Origin: Macrostomum lignano
Taxonomy: Eukaryota
Direction of reading: 5' to 3'
NCBI GenBank assembly: GCA_002269645.1
Contig: NIVC01003695.1
Span: 49,607-82,491 of the forward strand
DNA length: 32,885 nucleotides
Shown here: positions 32,539 through 32,885 of the stretch, one piece after another
Position numbering within the stretch: the first letter of the stretch is position 1
How the letters are laid out: every line of letters begins with the position of its first letter
Position numbers and translations under genes: made by a program
Notes under the pieces: generated by a model
What the model was told of the DNA's origin: nothing
What the model saw: only the letters and a program-made list of their open reading frames with translations
The model's database searches: none

Positions 32539-32885
32539 CTACAATCGGTGACGGAAATTGAACAAATAGCAAAAATACGTCTAATAAGCGTATTGCACTA
32601 CTGCTGAAGAAGAGCAGGCAGTAGTAAGTAGCGTGTAGCAAGTATCCAGTTGAAACATTTCCACCGCATTGATCAGCCGGTTAAATAGAGAGCAAAAGGC
32701 AGTCGGATTGAAGCTTAGCTGAGTGCCAGCTGCGACTTTAGGGGATTCCGGCAGTGCTAGAATGGGATTCCATCTCCATTCCAGAATCCTGCCACGGAAA
32801 TCTTGACTGGTTGAGGGAGGAGTTTTTGAAAATGTGACTATTTAGGCAGTATGCAAGCTTCTAAATTATTGTTGAGATAGCGAAA

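Overview
Intron-rich animal genomic DNA with GC-rich exons. About 10 kb of the 33 kb (roughly 30%, summed by eye) is tandem repeat. The style suggests a flatworm such as Macrostomum, but that is inference only. Two complete genes can be built by hand on the minus strand: mitochondrial HSP70 (HSPA9/mortalin; 7 coding exons, 680 aa, with transit peptide) and a 365-aa leucine-rich-repeat protein with an RFX X-box upstream. Partial or less certain genes: two frameshifted CUB-domain exons, a plus-strand 3-exon hypothetical gene, a minus-strand gene with possible Mab-21/cGAS-like C-lobe similarity, and the 3' end of a gene at the right edge. The main hidden signal is a set of five box C/D snoRNA candidates in four consecutive HSPA9 introns. 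Three carry a 28S rRNA guide of the SNORD81 type and two carry an 18S guide at the SNORD56 region. Mobile DNA: two CORE-type tRNA SINEs, a 5'-truncated R1/LOA/I-type LINE with a TSD inside a telomere-like hexamer tract, a hAT non-autonomous element with an 8-bp TSD, and a TIR element whose interior is a minisatellite. All calls are manual; no database searches were run.
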